This document shows, piece after piece, positions 38,297 to 45,931 of a stretch of 64,000 nt of DNA (within the stretch, counting starts at the first letter, position 1; each line of letters opens with the position of its first letter). The DNA comes from a virus, in IMG/VR virus record IMGVR_UViG_3300029319_008653, positions 29,040-93,039 of that record; one strand, written 5' to 3'. Under the pieces are notes generated by a model. The model had not been told where the DNA came from. It did not search any database and saw only the letters and a program-made list of their open reading frames with translations. Position numbers and translations under genes: made by a program.

Positions 38297-38511
38297 ATTT
38301 AACACCATCAATAAGAGGAAATAACTTAGCTTTATACGATACTACTAATGGTAGTATCCATAAGACTATAGCATTACCGCCTGGTAGTTATAGTAATGTA
38401 ATTATGAGTGGAGATAGAGTATCTGTAACCATTACACCATCATATGGTTTAGGTAGTATTAGAACATTTAGCGTCAAGACAGGTGCTTTAATTAGCGATA
38501 TACGGGTTTAA
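38293..38511 (+). CDS. hypothetical protein
   Basis: 72-aa ORF with ATGA coupling. Confidence 0.55.
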   Translation: MNLTPSIRGNNLALYDTTNGSIHKTIALPPGSYSNVIMSGDRVSVTITPSYGLGSIRTFSVKTGALISDIRV

Positions 38512-38512
38512 A

Positions 38513-39031
38513 ATGGGTGATATCGATATTAATCTCGCATCAGTAGATTGTGATCTTTCTGAATATACAGAATTTAAAACTAAATTACCTACGCTCTTTT
38601 TTGGATTTGTAATTAAGAATGAGTATGACAATAGACGTTTTAATATATCTGAAAAATTTAATCCCAGTAGACAAGTATTTCTTTTTGAAAGACCTGACGA
38701 GACAGTTAGTTTATTACCACTATACGGTACATATTTTAAGTTAAATTCAATAGGGAGAAAGCTAGCTTCAGTATTGCTAGAGCAAGATCTTAACAGAGAT
38801 ATGGATCTAAAATCATATCAAAATATACTTTTCGAATATAATGTAACATGTAATGACTATTATTCTTACTTAAATAAACGAATTTATCCTATAGATTTTG
38901 ATTGTCTTGAAATGATTACGGACGATGAAAATTCTAAGGATCCTAAAATTCTACAACACCTTTTACAGCTTGATGAAGATAAGTTCGATTTTCATAAGTT
39001 TGGTGCATTTAAGCTATTAATTTTAGCATAA
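38513..39031 (+). CDS. hypothetical protein
   Basis: 172-aa ORF. Confidence 0.6.
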   Translation: MGDIDINLASVDCDLSEYTEFKTKLPTLFFGFVIKNEYDNRRFNISEKFNPSRQVFLFERPDETVSLLPLYGTYFKLNSIGRKLASVLLEQDLNRDMDLKSYQNILFEYNVTCNDYYSYLNKRIYPIDFDCLEMITDDENSKDPKILQHLLQLDEDKFDFHKFGAFKLLILA

Positions 39032-39050
39032 AAATTGTAAATAAATATCT

Positions 39051-41303
39051 ATGATAAATGTAGTTAAACGAAGCGGAGAATCGGAGCCTTGGGATGTAGA
39101 GAGAATACATCGTGTAGTGGGATGGGCTATTGAAGGAATAAAAGGAGTAACTGTATCTGATGTTGAGATAAATGCTAGCTTACAAAAGAGAGACGGTATG
39201 TCAACTAGAGAGATACATGAAGTCTTAATTGATTCTGCTGTTAATCTCATAAGTTTAAATACTCCCAATTATCAATATGTGGCCTCCCGACTTCTTTCTT
39301 ATCAGTTAAGAAAAGACGTCTGGGGAGGTAAAAATCCTCCTAAGTTAGTAGATTTTATTAATAAAAATGTACATGAGCATGATGTATATGATGAAGATAT
39401 CTTAATGCTTTATAATGATACAGAAATTAACAAGCTTGATGAATATATTGATCATAGTAGAGATAATTTGTTTACATATGCTGGCATGCGACAGCTTTGT
39501 GATAAGTATCTAATTCAAGATAGATCGACTGGTATTATCTATGAAACGCCTCAGTTTGCATATATGATTATTGCAATGGTTTGCTTTGGTAAATATAAAG
39601 GTGCGCAGAGAATGTCTTATGTTAAAAAAGCATATGATTATTTCTCTAAATTTAAAATTAATATTCCAACACCTTTAATGGCGGGGGTAAGAACAAAGAT
39701 TAGACAGTATGCGTCATGTTGTTTGATAGATATAGATGATACCCTACCTTCAATTTTTTCCTCGTCTACAGCAGCGGGGTATGCTACTGGTTCTCGATAT
39801 GGTATAGGTTTAAATATAGGTAGAATAAGACCTATCAATTCTCCTATTAGACGAGGAGAGGTGGTCCATACTGGCGTTATACCTTTTCTTAAACTAATGG
39901 AATCAACAGTTAAATCGTGCCATCAAAATGGTATACGAGGAGGATCTGCTACTGTTAATTTTCCTTTCTGGCATTATGAAGTAGAGGATATGGTAGTACT
40001 AAAAAATAATTCTGGTACTGACGATAATCGTGTTCGTAAGCTTGATTACTGCATTCAATTTAGTGAGTTATTTTATAAACGATTTTTAAAGAATGAGGAT
40101 ATTACTCTTTTCTCTCCATACGAAGCTAAAGAATTATATGATGCTTTTGGTCATGAAAATTTTGATGAACTATATGAGCAGTATGAAAGAAAAACATCAT
40201 TACGTTTTAAGAAAACTATCAAAGCTAGACAGCTTATGAGTCTTTTTGTAAAAGAAAGAGTCGAGACCGGTCGAATATATTATATGAATATTGATCATTG
40301 TAATCAAAGATCAGCTTGGGATACAGATGTTAAAATGACCAATCTATGTGTAGAAGTCTTACATCCCACTAACCCTTTGCAAGATACTAAAGATAAAGAT
40401 GCTGAAATAGGTATATGTATCCTATCAGCTATTAACGTCTTAGAAATTCAATCTGATGCTGAAATGGAGAAAGTATGCGATATTATTGTACGTATTTTGG
40501 ATCAGTTAATAGATTATCAAGATTACTTTTTACCAGCTGCAGAGAACTTTACTAAGAATAGACGGTCTTTAGGTATAGGTATAACTAATTTTGCTGCTTA
40601 TCTTGCTAAAAAAGGTGTGGGCTATGAGGATAGCGAAGCTCCTAATGTTGCTGACGAATTAATGGAAAAGGTTCAATATTATCTTCTTAGCTCTTCATGT
40701 ACTCTAGCAGAAGAAAAAGGACCATGTTCAAAATTTAATGAAACTAAATATAGTAAAGGATGGTTACCAACTGACGATTATAAGAAAGATATAGACGAAT
40801 TTGTTACTCGTAAAAATAGTATGGACTGGGAAGGTTTACGAAGCAGAATAAAAGAATCAGGACTACGACATAGTACAGTTTCTGCTATTATGCCCTGTGA
40901 GAGCTCTTCGGTAATACAGTGTTCTACAAATGGCATAGAACCTATTAGATCTTATATTACCTATAAGAAATCAAAAGCTCGTACGTTGCCCGTTATAGTA
41001 CCTAACTACTCATCCTATAAAAACAAATATACTCTTGCATATGATATGAAAGATAATACTGGTTTAATTAAGGTAGTAGGTGCATTGCAAAAATGGGTTG
41101 ATATGAGTATAAGCGCTAACATATATTATAACTACGCTCATTATGAGAATGGTGCTTTACCAGATGCAAAAGTAATTAAAGAACAGTTGTTAGCATATAA
41201 ATTAGGTTGGAGAACCGGTTACTATCTTAATACTGATGATGGTGATAAACAAAGTAGTGCAGAAGAAGAAAATGGTTGCGAGTCCGGAGCTTGTGCGTTA
41301 TAA
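39051..41303 (+). CDS. nrdA: class Ia ribonucleotide reductase alpha subunit with ATP cone
   Basis: VVKRSG, PTP, SCCL, TNLCVE, MPCESSS, NGIEP, C-terminal CESGAC. Confidence 0.97.
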   Translation: MINVVKRSGESEPWDVERIHRVVGWAIEGIKGVTVSDVEINASLQKRDGMSTREIHEVLIDSAVNLISLNTPNYQYVASRLLSYQLRKDVWGGKNPPKLVDFINKNVHEHDVYDEDILMLYNDTEINKLDEYIDHSRDNLFTYAGMRQLCDKYLIQDRSTGIIYETPQFAYMIIAMVCFGKYKGAQRMSYVKKAYDYFSKFKINIPTPLMAGVRTKIRQYASCCLIDIDDTLPSIFSSSTAAGYATGSRYGIGLNIGRIRPINSPIRRGEVVHTGVIPFLKLMESTVKSCHQNGIRGGSATVNFPFWHYEVEDMVVLKNNSGTDDNRVRKLDYCIQFSELFYKRFLKNEDITLFSPYEAKELYDAFGHENFDELYEQYERKTSLRFKKTIKARQLMSLFVKERVETGRIYYMNIDHCNQRSAWDTDVKMTNLCVEVLHPTNPLQDTKDKDAEIGICILSAINVLEIQSDAEMEKVCDIIVRILDQLIDYQDYFLPAAENFTKNRRSLGIGITNFAAYLAKKGVGYEDSEAPNVADELMEKVQYYLLSSSCTLAEEKGPCSKFNETKYSKGWLPTDDYKKDIDEFVTRKNSMDWEGLRSRIKESGLRHSTVSAIMPCESSSVIQCSTNGIEPIRSYITYKKSKARTLPVIVPNYSSYKNKYTLAYDMKDNTGLIKVVGALQKWVDMSISANIYYNYAHYENGALPDAKVIKEQLLAYKLGWRTGYYLNTDDGDKQSSAEEENGCESGACAL

Positions 41304-41311
41304 ATAAAGAT

Positions 41312-41545
41312 ATGGCTGATAAAGAAGATAAAGTCCCAGAAAATGTGAAAGGTTCTTTTTACGTAGACGAACAATGTATAGACTGTGATGCTTGCCGTGA
41401 TGTTGCTCCTGGATTTTTTACTAGAAGCCACGATAATGGTTATAGTTATGTATATAATCAGCCCTCTACTGAAGACGAGAAAGAATTATGTATGGCAGCG
41501 TTAGAGGACTGTCCCGTGGAGGCTATAGGTAACGATGGAGAATAA
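41312..41545 (+). CDS. 4Fe-4S/3Fe-4S ferredoxin
   Basis: CIDCDAC...CPVEAIG; start follows TATAAATA at 41299-41306. Confidence 0.9.
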   Translation: MADKEDKVPENVKGSFYVDEQCIDCDACRDVAPGFFTRSHDNGYSYVYNQPSTEDEKELCMAALEDCPVEAIGNDGE

Positions 41546-42611
41546 TTTTATGGAAACTGTTTTAAATACGAAAAATGTTGATACGACTAAGCAGCCAATG
41601 TTCTTAGGTGAAGATTTGGCTTTACAAAGATATGATAGGTTTAAATATCCTAAGTTTTTTGATCTATGGAGAAAGCAAGAAGAGTTTCATTGGCTCCCAG
41701 AAGAAGTATCCCTAACAAAGGATAGAAATGATTATGAGAACTTAACCGATACAGAGAGATTTATTTTTAATAGTAATCTTAGATGGCAAACTATGACCGA
41801 TAGTATGCTATCTAGAAGTATTCATAATATTAAAAATTATGTATCTAATCCTGAATTAGAGATATGTATGACTACTTGGGCTCGTTTTGAGACTATTCAT
41901 AGCTATTCTTATACATATACACTTCAAAATATAGCTAAAGATGCTACTCAGTTTTTTGATTCAATCTTAGAAGATAAGGAAATAGTTAAGAGAGCCAAAG
42001 AGATTAGCTCTGCATATAATACTCTACTTGGTGATGATAGTAATGATATTAAGCAAAAAATATTTAATGCCGTGCTATCAACTCAGATTACTGAAGGATT
42101 ATCCTTTTATACTTCATTTGCTTGTTCGTTTTTCTTCGGATATAAAGGTAAGATGGAAGGTAATTCTAAAATTATTGGCTTAATAGCTAGAGATGAAAAC
42201 TTACATGCTGCTATTACTCAGAATATTATGAAGTATTGGAGAGAGAATGAAGATGAAGGCTTTCAAGGAATACTAAAAGACAACGAACAAAAAATATATG
42301 ATATGTATGGACTAGCTGTAGAAAATGAGAAGAAATGGGGAGAATACCTTTTCTCACAAGGATCTTTACTTGGTATTAACTCTGAAATGTTAAGTGGTTA
42401 TATCGAGTGGCTCGCTAATAACAGGCTTAAATCTCTAGGTTATAATAAAATATTTGATCAATCTACTAATCCTATCGGCGGGTGGTTAAATAGCTTTACT
42501 GATAGTTCTAAGGTCCAAGTAGCGCCTCAAGAAACAGAAATTAGTTCATATAAAATAGGTGCTAGAGATACTGAAATTTCTTCTGAAGAATTTGATGATT
42601 TCGATCTTTAG
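41535..42611 (+). CDS. nrdB: ribonucleotide reductase beta subunit
   Basis: WLPEEV, ETIHSYSY, EGLSFYTSF, IARDENLH, VAPQE. Confidence 0.97.
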   Translation: MENNFMETVLNTKNVDTTKQPMFLGEDLALQRYDRFKYPKFFDLWRKQEEFHWLPEEVSLTKDRNDYENLTDTERFIFNSNLRWQTMTDSMLSRSIHNIKNYVSNPELEICMTTWARFETIHSYSYTYTLQNIAKDATQFFDSILEDKEIVKRAKEISSAYNTLLGDDSNDIKQKIFNAVLSTQITEGLSFYTSFACSFFFGYKGKMEGNSKIIGLIARDENLHAAITQNIMKYWRENEDEGFQGILKDNEQKIYDMYGLAVENEKKWGEYLFSQGSLLGINSEMLSGYIEWLANNRLKSLGYNKIFDQSTNPIGGWLNSFTDSSKVQVAPQETEISSYKIGARDTEISSEEFDDFDL

Positions 42612-42624
42612 TATAAATAATTCT

Positions 42625-42852
42625 ATGGCAAATTATATAGCATCAATCAAAAAGAAATTAGAAGGTCAAAGGGATATTGAACTATCTGATTTAGAAGTTT
42701 ATTTAACTAATAGAGTCGCTATAGGCGAACATCCTCATATCGGAGAGGAAATTGAAAAGAAGCTTGAAACTATTGATAGTTTACAATCAAAAATTGAAAC
42801 TATAGATAAGCTTTTCCCTCAAAGTGTTCCTGAAGAATCAACCGATAGTTGA
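42625..42852 (+). CDS. conserved phage hypothetical protein
   Basis: VAIGEHP motif; start follows TATAAATA at 42612-42619. Confidence 0.65.
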   Translation: MANYIASIKKKLEGQRDIELSDLEVYLTNRVAIGEHPHIGEEIEKKLETIDSLQSKIETIDKLFPQSVPEESTDS

Positions 42853-42884
42853 TTAAATAGAATACGAGGATATAATCTTTAACT

Positions 42885-43634
42885 ATGAATAAAAAATATA
42901 TTATCATTGGAGCAGTAATTGCTGTAGTTGCATATTTTGCAATGTGCGGTAAGTGCGAAGCTCAAGAAGTAAAGCAAGAAAAAACATGGAGCGTAGCAAC
43001 TGAAGTTGGTTACTACGAATCAAGAATCTCCGGAGGATTGGTTGGTGCAGAAGACGCTCCTTATATTAAAGCATCTACAAAGATTGGCGATTTTTACGGC
43101 TTGTCTTTAGTAGGTGGAGTTGAATATGTACAGGACAATGAAGCTGATCAACTTCATGGCTCTATTGGTACAAAACTTTCAACCCCTATTGGTAGTATTG
43201 ATACCCGATTAGTTGCTCACAAGAAAGAAGATGCAGATGCTACCTTTGAACTTGTTGGTACTTACGGCGTTAATTTACTAAAATTCGTTGATACTGAACT
43301 AAGCTTAAGTGTAGAAAATGGATCATATGAAATATCTCGTGATACTCTAGACCCCATTTATACCCCAGCTATATTAGTTTCTAAAACCTTTAACACTGGT
43401 ACGTTTGATATTATTTTCGGCGGTGAATACGGTGCATCTTATGGGTTTGATGAAGACTATGAATATGTACACGGTTTTGTAAGAGCTGAAACAATCGTTA
43501 ATGATGTTGCAAAGCTATTCATTCAAAGTAATTGGGTAAATAGTGATGTTGTTTTTGCAGATGGTATTACATATAGTGATGCAGAACTTGATTTTGATCA
43601 ATCAGTTACTGCTGGTTTAGCTTTTACTTTCTAA
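42885..43634 (+). CDS. outer-membrane beta-barrel (porin-like) protein
   Basis: Signal peptide ending CEA, alternating beta strands, C-terminal GLAFTF BAM signal. Confidence 0.75.
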   Translation: MNKKYIIIGAVIAVVAYFAMCGKCEAQEVKQEKTWSVATEVGYYESRISGGLVGAEDAPYIKASTKIGDFYGLSLVGGVEYVQDNEADQLHGSIGTKLSTPIGSIDTRLVAHKKEDADATFELVGTYGVNLLKFVDTELSLSVENGSYEISRDTLDPIYTPAILVSKTFNTGTFDIIFGGEYGASYGFDEDYEYVHGFVRAETIVNDVAKLFIQSNWVNSDVVFADGITYSDAELDFDQSVTAGLAFTF

Positions 43635-43652
43635 ATAATATCTAAACACAAT

Positions 43653-43691
43653 AAGCCCCCTACTGATAATCTCGGTAAGGGGCTTTTTTTT
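43653..43691. terminator. intrinsic terminator between convergent genes
   Basis: AAGCCCC...GGGGCTTTTTTTT. Confidence 0.8.
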
Positions 43692-43694
43692 GCA

Positions 43695-43868
43695 TTACTT
43701 GCTCCAAGCTGAACCACGGTACATACCGTGCTTAACTTCTTTAGCAGGTTTTGCTTTATTCGGATCGTAAGTGTTTCCTCTGTAAGAAGCGATGCCGGGT
43801 TTCTTTGCCACCGCTTTTTCAGAAACTTCCACTTTCGCTCCTCTATATTGCATATATGGAGTTGCCAT
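43695..43868 (-). CDS. 57-aa YRG-repeat (DUF4278-like) protein
   Basis: QYRG, SYRG, MYRG; AAGGA Shine-Dalgarno upstream. Confidence 0.75.
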   Translation of the reverse strand: MATPYMQYRGAKVEVSEKAVAKKPGIASYRGNTYDPNKAKPAKEVKHGMYRGSAWSK

Positions 43869-43890
43869 TGTGTTATTCCTTGTTTTACGG

Positions 43891-43972
43891 TGCGTTCCTT
43901 CCCCTACCCCATATTTCCAGCATAGAATTATGTACAGAAAATAGGGTACTTCCGCCCTTTCGGGTGAACGAG
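43891..43972 (-). ncRNA. glutamine riboswitch (glnA / glutamine-I class)
   Basis: CGUUCA-CCC GAAA GGG-C-GGAAGUA-CCCUA...UAGGG-GAAG-GAACG gives P1, P2, the E-loop and P3, in the 5' leader of the YRG peptide gene. Confidence 0.85.
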
Positions 43973-43998
43973 TTATACATATATTTATTATTATATAG

Positions 43999-44319
43999 AT
44001 GTTCCTGCAAGATTTATTAAATAATTTCGTTATGGAAATATTATCATACACAAGCATTCTGTTTGCATTAGGAGGTTTATTCTCTATGCTTCTCCTTTAC
44101 ACTAATCCTTATTATAAAAATAAAATAGATAACGCTGTAAATGGTTTAAATGTAGCATATGAGGTAGCTCTACAAAAAGCTGAACAGATCGAAATATCAA
44201 AACACAAATGGCTTGAGTCTGAAAAAGTCGGATATGACATCGGTATAGAAATGGCTAAAGAATCTTGGTATAAGTACCATGCTGATAACTGGCGCAGAAG
44301 TAAGAAAAAAGCTGCTTAA
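43999..44319 (+). CDS. membrane-anchored DUF4032-like protein
   Basis: N-terminal TM; EISKHKWLESEKVGYDIG...W...H...W. Confidence 0.65.
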   Translation: MFLQDLLNNFVMEILSYTSILFALGGLFSMLLLYTNPYYKNKIDNAVNGLNVAYEVALQKAEQIEISKHKWLESEKVGYDIGIEMAKESWYKYHADNWRRSKKKAA

Positions 44320-44336
44320 TTAATTAGAAAATAAAC

Positions 44337-44371
44337 AAGCCAGCGCCCCGAAAGGAGTGCTGGCTTTTTTT
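44337..44371 (+). terminator. intrinsic terminator
   Basis: AAGCCAGCGC-cccgaaagga-GTGCTGGCTTTTTTT. Confidence 0.8.
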
Positions 44372-44407
44372 AATATCTATCCGTACGCGAATTAGATAGA
44401 TAAGATT

Positions 44408-44638
44408 TTAATCTTTCTTAAGTAATCCAATTAAGATAAGAAGAGCTATAAGCCCTACTAACCCATTTTGACCCCCAATATTGGAGACAATACCTGTAAG
44501 ATTTCCGATAACATCTGCACCAAAAAGTGCGCCCGAACCGAATAATATTTCAGCTATAATGCTGATAGAAATTAAACCAAGACCTAAATCGATAATTGGT
44601 TTAATACCGTCTGTTATGAATGTAGTTATTTTGTTCAT
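44408..44638 (-). CDS. small two-TM membrane protein
   Basis: EILFG...DVIGNL...GLVGLIAL. Confidence 0.65.
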   Translation of the reverse strand: MNKITTFITDGIKPIIDLGLGLISISIIAEILFGSGALFGADVIGNLTGIVSNIGGQNGLVGLIALLILIGLLKKD

Positions 44639-44744
44639 GAATAGTATTTAATCTTTTCAAGGAAAGATTCCTTGAAAAAAAAATAGTAGTTAAATGTTGA
44701 TAAGTTTAGTTTATACTATATAATACGGGTATAAATAATTATCT

Positions 44745-45161
44745 ATGACTAGACTAACTACATATAGAGGAGATAACCCATTAAAAATCATTGAGGATAG
44801 CCTTAGCGGTTTCCTTAATTTAACGCCGGTCTTCCATAATTTGGAAGAAGTATATAAAACTGGAGATCAAGTAAGATTCGCGAACGGTAAAGATTCGTTG
44901 AATATTCAAATTGATATTCCAGGATGTAAAAAAGATGACCTTGATATAGATGTTGACTCTGATCAGCGTGAAGTTTATATTAAGGGTAAACGCACCGTTA
45001 GAACTAATGACGGAGAACAAACCCAGACCATGAATAGAAGTTTTTCTATTGGTAAAGAATACGATCTTAATAAAATTAAGTTTACGTATGAATATGGTGT
45101 ACTCGAGGTGTCAGTACCTAGACGTAAAAAGGAAGAATATATTAAAAAATATTCAGTCTAA
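44745..45161 (+). CDS. hsp20: small heat-shock protein (Hsp20)
   Basis: DIPGCKKDDL, RSF, YEYGVLEVSVP; TATAAATA at 44730-44737. Confidence 0.88.
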   Translation: MTRLTTYRGDNPLKIIEDSLSGFLNLTPVFHNLEEVYKTGDQVRFANGKDSLNIQIDIPGCKKDDLDIDVDSDQREVYIKGKRTVRTNDGEQTQTMNRSFSIGKEYDLNKIKFTYEYGVLEVSVPRRKKEEYIKKYSV

Positions 45162-45238
45162 TTACTAAATAAAACTGGCAGGTGAGTACGAACTTATAAA
45201 AAACTGGGGATGGTTGGTGGGAAACTTATATAGATCAA

Positions 45239-45490
45239 ATGGACATTTTTGGTTGGATTTACACTATTGCTTTTGGAGTATGCTATATACCGCAAATTGT
45301 AAAAACATGGAGAACTAAAAAGGTAGAAGACGTAAGTATTGGCTTATTTCAACTATCTATTATAGGCTATCTATCAGCAGCAGTATATGTTTTAACTAAT
45401 ATAGGACCAAATCTTATATTACTTTGTAATTATGCCTTTGGCGGGGCATGTAGCGTCTTTATGGTAGTATTATACTATAGGTATAAGTAA
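45239..45490 (+). CDS. SemiSWEET/PQ-loop transporter
   Basis: 83 aa, 3 TM, YIPQIVKTWRTK.VEDVS. Confidence 0.82.
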   Translation: MDIFGWIYTIAFGVCYIPQIVKTWRTKKVEDVSIGLFQLSIIGYLSAAVYVLTNIGPNLILLCNYAFGGACSVFMVVLYYRYK

Positions 45491-45886
45491 TTACTTACTT
45501 TCAGTAGGCCATAATCTAAGCTTCATATACTGAATATCTTTCTTTATTTCAGCTATATCAACTTCCATTTCTTTCATACTTTCTGTAAGAATAATATCTC
45601 CGCTCGGAGTAACAAAATTTGCTATTAGATTTTCTATCTTAGATATTAAAGGTAGTAATTCTTTTATATCGTTCTGATTAGATTGCGCCATAAAACGTAA
45701 AGCTTGGGTTTCTGTCTCCAAGCTTTCAATTTTTAATCTAATTATTTCTTGATCTTTCTGGTATACTTCTTGAGATACATATTGAGTATTTAGCCAGAGA
45801 GCAGCTAATGCACCTAATGCAGCAAGCAAGAACGTACTAAAGTTCAGATTATCGAAGAAAGATTGAATAGATTTAAACGAAGCCAT
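45491..45886 (-). CDS. single-TM coiled-coil protein
   Basis: N-terminal TM followed by heptad helices; late-type promoter. Confidence 0.6.
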   Translation of the reverse strand: MASFKSIQSFFDNLNFSTFLLAALGALAALWLNTQYVSQEVYQKDQEIIRLKIESLETETQALRFMAQSNQNDIKELLPLISKIENLIANFVTPSGDIILTESMKEMEVDIAEIKKDIQYMKLRLWPTESK

Positions 45887-45931
45887 TTAATAGATATTTA
45901 TTCTTTATAGTTCCTTATATTGAGTAAAAAG

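Noticed and set aside
39051-42611. Introns or inteins in nrdA/nrdB
   Set aside because: Both ORFs are continuous and of normal length.
43728-44057. ORFs 43728..43925, 43751..44020 and the extension of 43695..44057
   Set aside because: They are by-products of the GC-richer riboswitch and the YRG gene; the real start is 43868.
45206-45221. GGGGATGGTTGGTGGG as a G-quadruplex
   Set aside because: It could form only a two-tier structure, is a single instance, and has no supporting context.
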